64,000 nucleotides of DNA from an uncultured Chloroflexia bacterium (GCA_963766735.1 CAVYBU010000002.1:64001-128000), one strand, 5' to 3'. Positions 47,573 to 56,934 are shown, counted from the stretch's first letter. Notes: generated from the letters alone by a model not told the origin. Made by a program: numbers and translations.

Positions 47573-48534
47573 GACGGCACCGTCGTCGGGACCGGATCAG
47601 GCGCCGTCACCTGGAGGAACAGCTCCTCGAGGTCGCTCGCGGCGCGGGAGAACGTGGCGACCCGGAGGCCCGCCCCGACGGCCGCCGCCAGGAGGCGGCT
47701 GGAGCCCTCGTCGTCACCGTGAAAGCCGATCTCGACCTGTCCGTCTCCCAGGAGGTCTGCGGTCACCACGTCCGGCTGGAGGGCGAACCAGGCACGCGCG
47801 GCCTCGTGGGCATCCTGCTCGCCCAGGACGCGGACGCGGAACACGGCCCCCACCCGGAGGCGCCTCTCGATATCCGCCACGCGCCCCTGGGCAAGCACCT
47901 GGCCGCGGTCGATGATCGCCACGGACGTGCACAGCTCCTCGAGCTCGGGGAGGATGTGGGACGAGACGAGGATGGTCTTGCCCAGCGACCGCAACTCCCG
48001 CAGCAACTCCCGCAGCTCCACCCGGGCGCGCGGGTCGAGGCCGGACGCCGGCTCGTCGAGGAGCAGCACGGCCGGATCGTGAACGAGGGCGTGTGCGAGG
48101 CACAGGCGCTGCTGCATGCCGCGCGAGAGACCCGCGACGTATGTGTCGCGCCTGGGACCCAGGTCCACCAGCTCCAGCAGGTCGCCGATCATGCGCCGCC
48201 GCCGATCGGCGCTGATGCCATAGCACCGGGCGAAGAAGTCCAGGTACTCCCAGACCTTCATGTCGTCGTACACCCCGAACGAGTCCGGCATGAACCCGAG
48301 GACGCGTCGCACGTCGTTCGGGTTGCTGCGCACGGATGCTCCGGCGATCTCCGCGTCGCCGCTGTCGGGGACGAGGAGCGTGGCCAGGATCTTGAGCGTC
48401 GTGGTCTTGCCGGCACCGTTCGGGCCGACCAGGCCGAAGATCTCGCCCTGGGCAATGTCGAGGTCCAGGCCGGCGACCGCGAGGGTCCGGTCGTAGCGCT
48501 TGACGAGGCCGGTGGCCCGCACGATCCCGCTCAT
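47569..48534 (-). CDS. ABC transporter ATP-binding protein
   Basis: GPNGAGKTT, LSRGMQQR, LLLDEP, SSH. Confidence 0.94.
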   Translation of the reverse strand: MSGIVRATGLVKRYDRTLAVAGLDLDIAQGEIFGLVGPNGAGKTTTLKILATLLVPDSGDAEIAGASVRSNPNDVRRVLGFMPDSFGVYDDMKVWEYLDFFARCYGISADRRRRMIGDLLELVDLGPRRDTYVAGLSRGMQQRLCLAHALVHDPAVLLLDEPASGLDPRARVELRELLRELRSLGKTILVSSHILPELEELCTSVAIIDRGQVLAQGRVADIERRLRVGAVFRVRVLGEQDAHEAARAWFALQPDVVTADLLGDGQVEIGFHGDDEGSSRLLAAAVGAGLRVATFSRAASDLEELFLQVTAPDPVPTTVPS

Positions 48535-50981
48535 CGGATGGTTCCCTCGAGCACGACCGGGAACTGGAACCCGGTGCCGTCCTGGCGCGAGTTGACGAAC
48601 CTGACCTGGAGCTCGCCGCTCGCCGGGTCCACCCACCGGCCGGGGTCCGCGAGCTCGTAGGCCGTGGCCTGGCGCAGGTGCTCGAACTGCACCCAGGCGC
48701 CGGTGCGGACGTCGAGGACCTCCAGCTCGGGCAGGCCGTCCTGGGGGAGCACGCACCCCTCCGTCCCCGGATCACAGCGGACCGTCTCCTTGAGGGCCGC
48801 GGGCACCCCGGCGGGCATGCTCGTGTCGCCGCCGAACGTCATGGCCAGCAGGACCGCCGTCGGGTCGAACGTGCCCTCGAAGGGAATGGGCCGGAACGCC
48901 ATCCGCACGTCGCCGGTCCCGAAGCTGATCGTCCACGGGTCCTTGTTGAAGAAGTTGGCGTTCACCTCCACCACGCTCGCGCGGAGCAGGTCATCGCGGA
49001 ACACGGCCTTGCCCCTGACTGCGAGCGGGATCGGCACCTGGTACAGGACGTTGGCCTGGCGGCGGATCTGCTGGCCCTCGATCTCGATCGGGACGACCGG
49101 GTCGGAGCCCCAGGCGAGGAGCATCGCGGAGTCGCCGGCCAGCGAGGATGGGAACCCTGTCATCGGATCGATGGAGATCTGGTCGATCACCGAGCGGCGG
49201 ACGATCCTGCGCTGGTCCTCCTCGGACATCGTCATGCCGTCCCAGTTCGGCTGGCCGACCACCTTGTCCGACAGGGACGTCTGGTTGATCCAGTTGTTGC
49301 TGATGGCCATGCTCACGTCGGCGGTCTCGCCCGGGGCCAGGTCCTTGAGCTGGGTGGCAGATGACCCCAGCACGACGGCGGCGTCGAGCAGCGTCCGTCC
49401 GGAGCGGTTGGTGACGGTGCCGATGATCCGGCCGTCCTCCAGGCGCAGGTCCCCGTCGATCACGGGACCCGTGGCACCCGCCTCTGCGCGAAGGACGCGC
49501 AGGGACCCGAAGCCGACGGCGAGGTCGCGGATCCGTGACGGATCTCCCTGGAGGATGTCGAGCGCGCCCGCCGTCCCCGTGCCGAACATGTCGCCATTCA
49601 TGGGGGCGGCCAGGAGTGCCTCACCTGGGACCCGCACCTGGAACGTCGCCCGCGATGGGCTGAAGATGCCGAGATACGACTGGACAGTTGCCCGGTCCGT
49701 GCCCTGTGCTCCGCGGACGATCGCAACCTCGTGGACGATCACGTCGGAGCCTCGCAGGAGCGCCCCGATCCCGAACGAGCCCACGGTGAAGACCACGATC
49801 AGCGCCGGCACCGTGAACCACGCCCACTCCCGCCGGTCGAGCCGGCGCAGGACGATGTAGTTGACCGGACCGACCAGCAGGATGTATCCGAACAGCAGGA
49901 CGAGCAGTCCGCCGATCGGTGGCAGCGCGAGGCTGGGCAGGTTGGACACCGCGGACGCGATGGTCGAATCGTCCGTCAGCGAGACGATGCCGCCGGACCG
50001 GGGCGGCAGCAGGCGGCGCCACAGCGGGCTGTCGATGGTGTCGCCCTTTGCGATCCAGGGCGTGGTCGGGTCGAAGCCGAGCAGCGTGACCGACCCGGCC
50101 CCGACCCGCTTGTCGGCCGCGACGACGCGGTCACCGGACGTTGCCAGCGCGCTGCCCCCGATGAGGTCTCCGGCGTAGGCCGTGAGCGCCCCGGCATCGG
50201 GCGGTATGGTGCCCAGCAGCGGTCGCAGCACGGACGGATCGATGTCGCGGGTGCCCGTTGGGCGGTAGGGGAGCAGATCGTCCGGAAAGGCGGTCAGCGC
50301 GTCCGCTCCCGCGGTGCCGCCGATGATCACCAGGCGCCCGCCGCCCGACACCCACGTCCTCAGCGCGGCGAGCTGGCCGAAGGTGAGGCCCGATGCATCC
50401 GTGTCCTGCCAGATCAGGCGGTCGAGGGCCGACCAGGCCTGGATCCGATCGGGCAGGTCGCTCGCCGAGAGCGGGATGATCGTCGGCTGGGTGCCGTTCT
50501 GGTTCGGCAGCAGGTCCAGCTCGCCTACGATCCTGGCCGGGTTCTCGGAGACGACGCCGACGACCAGCTGGCCTTGGTCGTGCAGTGCGACCGCCACCTT
50601 CGACTCGGCCACCACCGTGGTTCCGTCGACCAGCTGGACGGTCATGGTGCCGCCGAACGTAGGTGGCTGGGCATACAGGAGGTACTGCTTCCGGGATCCC
50701 GTGGCCAGCTCGACAGGAGTGCCGAACCGTGTCTTCGAGTCCACGCCGCCACTGATCCGAAGCTCGCCGGACACGGCGGGTCCGGGGTTCTCGATATCCA
50801 CGGCGACCGCGAACCAGGAGCCGGTGCGGACGTGACCCTGGAGGAGGGCCCGCGCGGTCATGGTGAACCCGTCGGCCGCGACGACCGCCGGCGCCGCGGG
50901 TAGCAGAACGAGGAGCGTCAGGAGAGCCGCGATGAGGCCGGAGGTCAGGCGGGCAGAACGGGGGTTGCGGCGCGGCGGCAC
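48531..50981 (-). CDS. Large membrane protein with GATase-like domain, first gene of the ABC/MoxR operon
   Basis: GTG after GAGGAG, signal/TM, WVSGGGRLVIIGG, central TM pair YILLVGPVNY...RREWAWFTVPAL. Confidence 0.8.
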   Translation of the reverse strand: MPPRRNPRSARLTSGLIAALLTLLVLLPAAPAVVAADGFTMTARALLQGHVRTGSWFAVAVDIENPGPAVSGELRISGGVDSKTRFGTPVELATGSRKQYLLYAQPPTFGGTMTVQLVDGTTVVAESKVAVALHDQGQLVVGVVSENPARIVGELDLLPNQNGTQPTIIPLSASDLPDRIQAWSALDRLIWQDTDASGLTFGQLAALRTWVSGGGRLVIIGGTAGADALTAFPDDLLPYRPTGTRDIDPSVLRPLLGTIPPDAGALTAYAGDLIGGSALATSGDRVVAADKRVGAGSVTLLGFDPTTPWIAKGDTIDSPLWRRLLPPRSGGIVSLTDDSTIASAVSNLPSLALPPIGGLLVLLFGYILLVGPVNYIVLRRLDRREWAWFTVPALIVVFTVGSFGIGALLRGSDVIVHEVAIVRGAQGTDRATVQSYLGIFSPSRATFQVRVPGEALLAAPMNGDMFGTGTAGALDILQGDPSRIRDLAVGFGSLRVLRAEAGATGPVIDGDLRLEDGRIIGTVTNRSGRTLLDAAVVLGSSATQLKDLAPGETADVSMAISNNWINQTSLSDKVVGQPNWDGMTMSEEDQRRIVRRSVIDQISIDPMTGFPSSLAGDSAMLLAWGSDPVVPIEIEGQQIRRQANVLYQVPIPLAVRGKAVFRDDLLRASVVEVNANFFNKDPWTISFGTGDVRMAFRPIPFEGTFDPTAVLLAMTFGGDTSMPAGVPAALKETVRCDPGTEGCVLPQDGLPELEVLDVRTGAWVQFEHLRQATAYELADPGRWVDPASGELQVRFVNSRQDGTGFQFPVVLEGTIR

Positions 50982-51211
50982 TCGGGCTCCTCGGCCATGG
51001 GCGGCGGGTCGGTTTGAACCTCGACGCGCGGACTGCCCGAAAAGTTGCACGCCCCGTGTTCCCTCCGCGACCGGCCCCGGCTGCCCCGTGGTGGCCGTCC
51101 GCCCGCGCCTATCGTACGATGCGGGAGCCCCGGGACCGATCACGCCGCCCTGTGCCCGGCACCGCCGGCGAGATCACCGCCGCGCCCGACATCCGCGACC
51201 CAGAGGAACTC

Positions 51212-52525
51212 GTGCCCGACATCAGACCCTTCCGCGCGCTCCGCTACGACCTCGAGATCGCCGGTGATCCGTCGGCGCTCGTGGCTCCCCCGTACGACGT
51301 CATCGGCCCGGACCTCCACCGGGAGCTGCTCGCTCGCCATCCGCACAACGTGGTGAGGCTGGACCTGCCGCAGGTGGATTCCGGCGAGGACCCGGACGAG
51401 CGGTACCGCAGGGTTGCCAGGACCCTCGGGACCTGGCGCCAGGACGGCACGCTGCGCAAGGACCCGCGGCCCTCGATCTACGTCTACGAGCAGGCCTATC
51501 GCGTGCCCGGCACCGAGGTTGACCGCAGGCAACGGGGGTTCTTCGCTCGCCTGCGGATCGAGCCGTTCGGCCCCGGCAGCGGCGTGCTGCCGCATGAGAA
51601 GACCCTCTCCGGACCGAAGGAGGACCGGTACCGGCTGCTCCGCGCGGCCGGCATCAACACCTCTCCCGTGGTGGGGCTGTACGAGGACGAGGGGCGCACG
51701 GCCGCCTCCGCGCTGACGGCCATTGCCGCCGGGATCCCGGACATGGACATCACCGACGATGACGGAGTGCGGCATCGCCTCTGGGCCGCGCCGGACGATG
51801 GCGAGGAGTCCCTTGCCGCGAGCCTGTGTGCAACGGCCGCGGCTGGCCCCGTGTTCATCGCGGACGGCCACCATCGCTACGAGACCGCGATCCGCTACCG
51901 CGACGAGCGGCGCGCCAACCACACCGGCGAAGAGGACCCGGCGTACGACTTCATCCTGATGCTGTTCCTCGACGCTGCGGACGCGCTGACCGTGCTGCCG
52001 ACGCATCGCGTGGTCCGGGGGCTGGGCGATGCGGGGCTGGCAAGGCTCCGGGACGGACTGTCGCAGCTGTTCACTGTTACGCCCTCGACGAGCGAGGCAC
52101 TGGTCGAGCGGTTCGGGGCGGCCGGCGGCCTGGCCGGCGGCGAAGGGCGGTTCGGGCTGCTGACGCGGGACGGAGCATGGTTCCTGGACGCGAAGCGGGA
52201 CGCCTTCGCCGGGTTCGGATCCGGCGGCGCAGCCGTCGGCGCCCTGGACGTCTCGCTCCTCGCAGCTGCGCTCGAGGCTCTCCTGGAGATCGACGCCGCA
52301 GCCGTGGCCGGCGGTCAGCGGATTGCCTACACCAAGTCCGTGCTCGAGGCAGCGGCGCTCGTAGCCGGCGGAGACGACGGCGCCGATGCCGCCTTCCTGC
52401 TGGAGCCGACTCCGGTGGCGTCCATCCTTGCCGTGGCCCGCGACGGCGACGTGATGCCGCAGAAATCCACGTACTTCTACCCCAAGGCCCTCACCGGTCT
52501 CGTGCTCAGCCCGCACGAGTGGTAG
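51212..52525 (+). CDS. DUF1015 family protein
   Basis: IRPFRALRY, APPYDVI, PHEKT, IADGHHRYETA, MPQKSTYFYPK. Confidence 0.9.
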   Translation: MPDIRPFRALRYDLEIAGDPSALVAPPYDVIGPDLHRELLARHPHNVVRLDLPQVDSGEDPDERYRRVARTLGTWRQDGTLRKDPRPSIYVYEQAYRVPGTEVDRRQRGFFARLRIEPFGPGSGVLPHEKTLSGPKEDRYRLLRAAGINTSPVVGLYEDEGRTAASALTAIAAGIPDMDITDDDGVRHRLWAAPDDGEESLAASLCATAAAGPVFIADGHHRYETAIRYRDERRANHTGEEDPAYDFILMLFLDAADALTVLPTHRVVRGLGDAGLARLRDGLSQLFTVTPSTSEALVERFGAAGGLAGGEGRFGLLTRDGAWFLDAKRDAFAGFGSGGAAVGALDVSLLAAALEALLEIDAAAVAGGQRIAYTKSVLEAAALVAGGDDGADAAFLLEPTPVASILAVARDGDVMPQKSTYFYPKALTGLVLSPHEW

Positions 52526-52541
52526 GCGGAGGAACGGATCG

Positions 52542-53414
52542 ATGACCGACACCACCTCCTCCGACCGCGGTCTTGCCCGCACCGGGTCGGGCGGTCGCCC
52601 GGTTCGCAAGGACGAGATCGAGCTCGTGGACCGCGGTCTCTACGTGGAGTCGTGGCTTCCCGAGCGACGCTCCCGTCGGAAGCCGCTCGTGTTCGTCCAT
52701 GGCGAACTGGGTGGTTCCTGGGTCTGGGAGCGGTACCTGCACCACTTCGCCGGGCGGGGCTGGGAGGGCCACGCCGTCAACCTGCGCAACCACTACTGGT
52801 CGCAGACGGCCGACCCGGCCAGCCTCGACATCGAGTCCTACACCGAGGACGTGATCGCCGCCCTGGAGCGGCTCGGACCGACGGCCGTGGCCATTGGCCA
52901 CGGGCTGGGCGGCCTCCTGACCCTCAAGGCCCTCGAACGGGTGCCGGTTTCGGCCTACGTGCTCATCGCCCCCGAGACGCCCAAGGAGCTGCGCGAGCCG
53001 GCGCGCCCGCACGTGGTGCGCGACATCCCGGACGCCTACGGCCGGGCCGAACTTGGCTGGGAGACTCTGCCCGAGCGCCTGACGCGCGAGCACCGGGACC
53101 TGACCCTGGCCGACGTCCTGCGCATCCAGCACATGCTGGGCCAGAAGGCCTTCGAGTCCGGGCGGGCGCGGCGGCAGGTCCTCGCGGGCGTCTCCGTTGA
53201 TCGCGCTGCGCTTCCAGACGTGCCGCGGCTGGTCATCGGTGCGGGCCTCGACGCGTACGTGCCGGAGTCCGAGGTGGAGCGCCTGGCGGAATGGCTCGGG
53301 GCGCCGTACGAGCCGTTCGGGGCGCACTCGCACTTCGGCCTGGTCCTGGGCGAGCAGAGCTACCTCCAGGTCGCCGAGACGCTGCGGGCGTTCCTGGAGA
53401 CCAACCGCCTCTGA
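52542..53414 (+). CDS. Alpha/beta-hydrolase fold protein with Gly at the nucleophile position
   Basis: FVHG, elbow IGHGLGG, GLDAYVP, HSHF. Confidence 0.82.
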   Translation: MTDTTSSDRGLARTGSGGRPVRKDEIELVDRGLYVESWLPERRSRRKPLVFVHGELGGSWVWERYLHHFAGRGWEGHAVNLRNHYWSQTADPASLDIESYTEDVIAALERLGPTAVAIGHGLGGLLTLKALERVPVSAYVLIAPETPKELREPARPHVVRDIPDAYGRAELGWETLPERLTREHRDLTLADVLRIQHMLGQKAFESGRARRQVLAGVSVDRAALPDVPRLVIGAGLDAYVPESEVERLAEWLGAPYEPFGAHSHFGLVLGEQSYLQVAETLRAFLETNRL

Positions 53415-53420
53415 GGGTTG

Positions 53421-53486
53421 CGCGCGACGCTCCGCCGCGCCCCGCGCGACGCTCCGCCGCGCCCCGCGCGACGCTCCGCCGCGCCC
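53421..53486 (+). repeat. Three exact 22-bp tandem repeats
   Basis: CGCGCGACGCTCCGCCGCGCCC at 53421, 53443 and 53465. Confidence 0.9.
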
Positions 53487-53555
53487 CCGACGGTTGCAGC
53501 CTCCTCGCGGCCCCTGCTATCCTCGCGCCCGGTCGATGGCATCGACCGACTCTGC

Positions 53556-53632
53556 GCCGCATTCGTCTAGAGGCCCAGGACACCGCCCTCTCAAGGCGGA
53601 GACCACCGGTTCGAATCCGGTATGCGGTACCA
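53556..53632 (+). tRNA. tRNA-Glu (CTC)
   Basis: Acceptor stem GCCGCAT/ATGCGGT, anticodon loop CTCTCAA, GGTTCGAATCC T-arm, encoded CCA. Confidence 0.95.
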
Positions 53633-53643
53633 AAGAACCCCCC

Positions 53644-53669
53644 ACGCCCCCGGCCCGCCCCGGGGGCGT
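53644..53669 (+). terminator. Hairpin downstream of tRNA-Glu
   Basis: ACGCCCCCGG...CCGGGGGCGT 10-bp stem with a weak U tail. Confidence 0.55.
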
Positions 53670-53695
53670 TCCCCTGTTCGGCGAGTCGGACATCA

Positions 53696-53756
53696 CCGGC
53701 CCGCCCCGGCCCACGTCGCCTCCGGCCCGCCCCGGCCCACGTCGCCTCCGGCCCGC
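53696..53756 (+). repeat. 26-bp tandem repeat, about 2.3 copies
   Basis: CCGGCCCGCCCCGGCCCACGTCGCCT at 53696 and 53722, partial at 53748. Confidence 0.85.
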
Positions 53757-53818
53757 GTTGGCCGCGGCCAATGTCCTAGACTCGCCGGGTCCCTCGTAAT
53801 GAACCACTGGAAGAACGC

Positions 53819-54940
53819 ATGTCGTCAACCCCCGATCGCCGTCTCGTGATCCTCGCCGAGGGCAACTTCGGCTACCACCACGGCAAGACCGCCATGGGCG
53901 TCATCCGCTTCGGCCAGGACAGGGTCGTCGCGGTCATCGATTCGGCCCAGGCCGGCCGGAACGTCCGCGAGTGGCTGGGTGACTCGGGCCGCTTCGACAT
54001 CCCCATCGTGGGGTCGCTGAGCGACGCGCTGGGCTTCGTCCCGCGCGCCGACGCACTGCTGATCGGCATCGCTCCCGCCGGCGGCCGGCTCCCGGACGAG
54101 TGGCGCCAGGTGGTCTTGTCCGCCATTCGATCGGGCCTCGACATCCTGTCCGGCCTGCACACGTTCCTGGGAGACGACCCCGAGCTCGCCGAGGCCGCCC
54201 GCTCAGCGGGCGTGCGGATCACGGACTACCGGCGACCACCGGAGCGCATGGAAACGTCCGTGGGGCGCCGCCACGATCCAGGCAAGCGGGTGATCCTCAC
54301 GATCGGGACGGATTGCGCGATCGGCAAGATGTCCGTCGCGCTGGAGCTCCGGCGCAGCGCCCAGGAGCTGGGGCGATCCGCCTCATTCGTCCCAACCGGG
54401 CAGACCGGGATCATGATCGAGGGTTGGGGCGTGGCCGTGGACCGGGTGATCTCGGACTTCGTCCAGGGGACCTGCGAGTGGATGAGCGAAGAGGGCGAGC
54501 GACGGGGGGATTGGGTCATCGTTGAGGGGCAGGGATCGCTGGATCATCCCGCCTATTCCTCCGTGACGCTCGGGCTGATCCACGGGTTCACGCCCCAGGC
54601 GATGGTCCTTGTGCACATGCCCGGCCTCGAGGAACACGACTTCGACCACGCGCCGGATCGCAGCTTTCCGATCAGGCCTCTGCCCGACTTCATCCGGATC
54701 CACGAGGAGGTAGCGGGACTGATCGCCCCCTCGAAGATCGTGGCCGTGGCGCTCAACACATCGCGGATCCTGGACGAGGCGGAGGCCCGAGCCGTCATTG
54801 CCACGACCGAGGCGGAGACCGGCATCCCGTGCGACGACCCGGTCCGGTTCGGCGGGGAGGAGCTGTGGCGCCGGATCGAGGTGGCCGTGGATGCGCTGCC
54901 GTGGGTCGTCCCGGCCCCCATCGAGGATGTATCGGCATGA
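53819..54940 (+). CDS. DUF1611 domain protein (DgcN-like)
   Basis: GKTAMG, SGLH, GTDCAIGKM, TGQTG, EGQGSLDHPAYS. Confidence 0.88.
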   Translation: MSSTPDRRLVILAEGNFGYHHGKTAMGVIRFGQDRVVAVIDSAQAGRNVREWLGDSGRFDIPIVGSLSDALGFVPRADALLIGIAPAGGRLPDEWRQVVLSAIRSGLDILSGLHTFLGDDPELAEAARSAGVRITDYRRPPERMETSVGRRHDPGKRVILTIGTDCAIGKMSVALELRRSAQELGRSASFVPTGQTGIMIEGWGVAVDRVISDFVQGTCEWMSEEGERRGDWVIVEGQGSLDHPAYSSVTLGLIHGFTPQAMVLVHMPGLEEHDFDHAPDRSFPIRPLPDFIRIHEEVAGLIAPSKIVAVALNTSRILDEAEARAVIATTEAETGIPCDDPVRFGGEELWRRIEVAVDALPWVVPAPIEDVSA

Positions 54941-56022
54941 CGTTCTCGATCCGGTTGCGGACGCTGGTGCTGCCCTTGCGCGATCCGTTCGTCATCGCCC
55001 GCTCGTCGCACGGTGGGGGTCGGACGAGCACCACCATCCTCGCCGAGCTGCGCGACGATGCCGACGGTCCGGACGGGCCCGTCGGGCTGGGGGAGGGGTA
55101 TCCGGACACGTATTACGGCGAGACGCCGGCCACGGTGGCCGCGGTGGTCCCGATGCTGCTCGAATCGCTGGATCCCCTGGGGCCAGCGCTGCGGGGATCG
55201 CTTGACGACGCGCGAACGGCGCTGGTGGCAGCCGAGGGCGCGATGACGGCAGCGATCGGAAACCACGGTGGCGCCAAGTGCGCGGTGGACATCGCCCTGC
55301 ACGATCTCGTTGGGAAGCGCCTGGGACTGCCGATCCGGACCCTGCTGGGCATCGACGCGCCGATCCCGCCGACTGACTTCACCCTGGGCATCGACGAGCC
55401 CGCCCTCGTGGCCGAGCGCGCTCGCCGCGCCGCCGCCTTCCCGGCGCTCAAGATCAAGGTCGGTGGCCCGTCCGACATCGCGACGCTCGAGGCCGTGCGA
55501 GCCGTGTACGGCGGACCCATCCGGGTGGACGCGAACACGGCCTGGACGCCGGAGGTTGCCCTGCAACTGCTCCCCGAACTGGAGAGGCTGGGGGTGGAGC
55601 TCATCGAGCAGCCCTTCCCGGCGGGGCGGCTTGACCAGCTGCGGGCGCTCCAGGAGCAGTCGGCGCTGCCGCTCGTCGCCGACGAGAGCGCGGTGTTCAT
55701 CGATGATCTCGAATCCCTGGTCGGCGTCGTGGACGGGATCAACGTGAAGCTCGCGAAATGCGGTGGGATCGGGCCCGCACGCCGGATGCTGGAGCGGGCG
55801 AACTCCATGGGTTTCCGAACCTTCATCGGTTGCATGGAGGAGACGTCCATCGGGATCGCCGCCTCGGCGGCCGTCGCGCCCCTGGCGGAGTGGCTGGACC
55901 TCGACGGGTGCCTGCTCCTGGCTGACGACCCCGTGACGGGCCTCGAGCTGACTCCCGACAAGCGCTGGCACCTTGCGGACCGGCCCGGCCTGGGCCTGGG
56001 GATCCCGGCGGGGACCTTCTAG
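54937..56022 (+). CDS. Enolase-superfamily dipeptide epimerase / N-acyl amino acid racemase (DgcA/AEE-like)
   Basis: LKIKVG, RVDAN, IEQP, ADES, NVKLAKCGG, DLDG. Confidence 0.9.
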   Translation: MTFSIRLRTLVLPLRDPFVIARSSHGGGRTSTTILAELRDDADGPDGPVGLGEGYPDTYYGETPATVAAVVPMLLESLDPLGPALRGSLDDARTALVAAEGAMTAAIGNHGGAKCAVDIALHDLVGKRLGLPIRTLLGIDAPIPPTDFTLGIDEPALVAERARRAAAFPALKIKVGGPSDIATLEAVRAVYGGPIRVDANTAWTPEVALQLLPELERLGVELIEQPFPAGRLDQLRALQEQSALPLVADESAVFIDDLESLVGVVDGINVKLAKCGGIGPARRMLERANSMGFRTFIGCMEETSIGIAASAAVAPLAEWLDLDGCLLLADDPVTGLELTPDKRWHLADRPGLGLGIPAGTF

Positions 56023-56077
56023 AGGACCCTGCCCGCGGCCACCGGTTCGGCCACCGCTACCCGATGTTGCGCCGGGG

Positions 56078-56163
56078 CGATCCACAGCTTTGGGGCGGTT
56101 GCCCGCGGCTGTCCACCACCGGTGGCGGGCTGTGGACAAGTCGGTGGGCAACATCGTGGAGAA
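56078..56163. promoter_or_regulatory. Cluster of DnaA-box-like 9-mers
   Basis: Forward CGATCCACA 56078 and CTGTCCACC 56109; reverse TGTGGACAA 56131 (= TTGTCCACA), GGTGGGCAA 56143 and CGTGGAGAA 56155 at 12-bp period. Confidence 0.6.
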
Positions 56164-56337
56164 GCCCCTACCGGCGCAGGCGCCCCACGCCGTACGATAG
56201 GCGAGTCGCTGGGGCCGGAGTCAACCGGCGCGAGATCGGCCCCGACGGCAAGCCCCGACGTTGTGCCGGGGGTCGGGCCCTACCCGCCCCGCCGCCGGCC
56301 GATCTGCCCTGTCCGAGCGAAAGAGGGACCTGTATCG

Positions 56338-56640
56338 ATGCTGCCCGCCGGCCATGCCTGCCCGACGACGCCCGAGGCCGAGGCCTTCGTGCGGTTCTGC
56401 TACCAACGCCGTCGTGTGGGGTGGCCGGAACTGTATGACGAGATGTGCGCGGTGGCCACCCGGGGGCTGTTCCAGGGGATGGGCCACGATGCGCTGTCCG
56501 AGATCGGCATCGGGTTCAGCCTGTTCGAGACGCCCCGCCTGGCCGCCCTGGTGACCCGCATCGCGAGCGAGGAGCAGGCGGCACGGCGCGCGGCACGCCT
56601 GGTCGCGCTCGAAGCGGCGCAGGCAACCACCGCGGCGTAG
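56338..56640 (+). CDS. Hypothetical protein (100 aa)
   Basis: ATG after AGAGGGA; FVRFCYQRRRVGWPELYDEMCAVA reads as globular protein with coding-type codon usage. Confidence 0.7.
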   Translation: MLPAGHACPTTPEAEAFVRFCYQRRRVGWPELYDEMCAVATRGLFQGMGHDALSEIGIGFSLFETPRLAALVTRIASEEQAARRAARLVALEAAQATTAA

Positions 56641-56706
56641 CAGGCAACCACCACCGCCGGGCGGCGCGGACCGATCGCCCGCTCAGCCGCGTCCTCGGTG
56701 CGGGCC

Positions 56707-56934
56707 TCAGGCCCGGATGCGCCGCCGGGCCATCTCGCCCTCGATCTGGCGCTCCGCCTCGACGTAGCGGTCGATCTGCTCGCGCAGCTGGTTGGCCTCG
56801 GGCGTGTAGAGGTGGACCTGCTGCTGGAGGATGTACGACAGCCGGCGGCTGGTCATCCGCACGTGGTCCAGGTTCTTCATGAGGACCAGCGGGTCCATCG
56901 AGGCGAGGTCTGACGGGGGGTACATCTGGTTCAT
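56707..56934 (-). CDS. Small helical hypothetical protein (75 aa)
   Basis: Strong GC3 codon bias; -10-like TAGGAT 9 nt before the ATG. Confidence 0.75.
   Translation of the reverse strand: MNQMYPPSDLASMDPLVLMKNLDHVRMTSRRLSYILQQQVHLYTPEANQLREQIDRYVEAERQIEGEMARRRIRA

Noticed and set aside
53421-53756. CRISPR array
   Set aside because: Repeats are head-to-tail with no spacers, and there are no cas genes.
56040-56200. Chromosomal oriC
   Set aside because: No AT-rich unwinding element and no dnaA/dnaN/rpmH nearby; kept only as a DnaA-box cluster.
56200-56337. Multi-hairpin leader as a riboswitch
   Set aside because: Stems are short GC runs and I recognised no aptamer consensus; needs covariation data.
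56620-56652. 12-bp direct repeat CAGGCAACCACC around a stop codon as a target-site duplication
   Set aside because: Only 9 bp lie between the copies and there is no element; likely a local micro-duplication.
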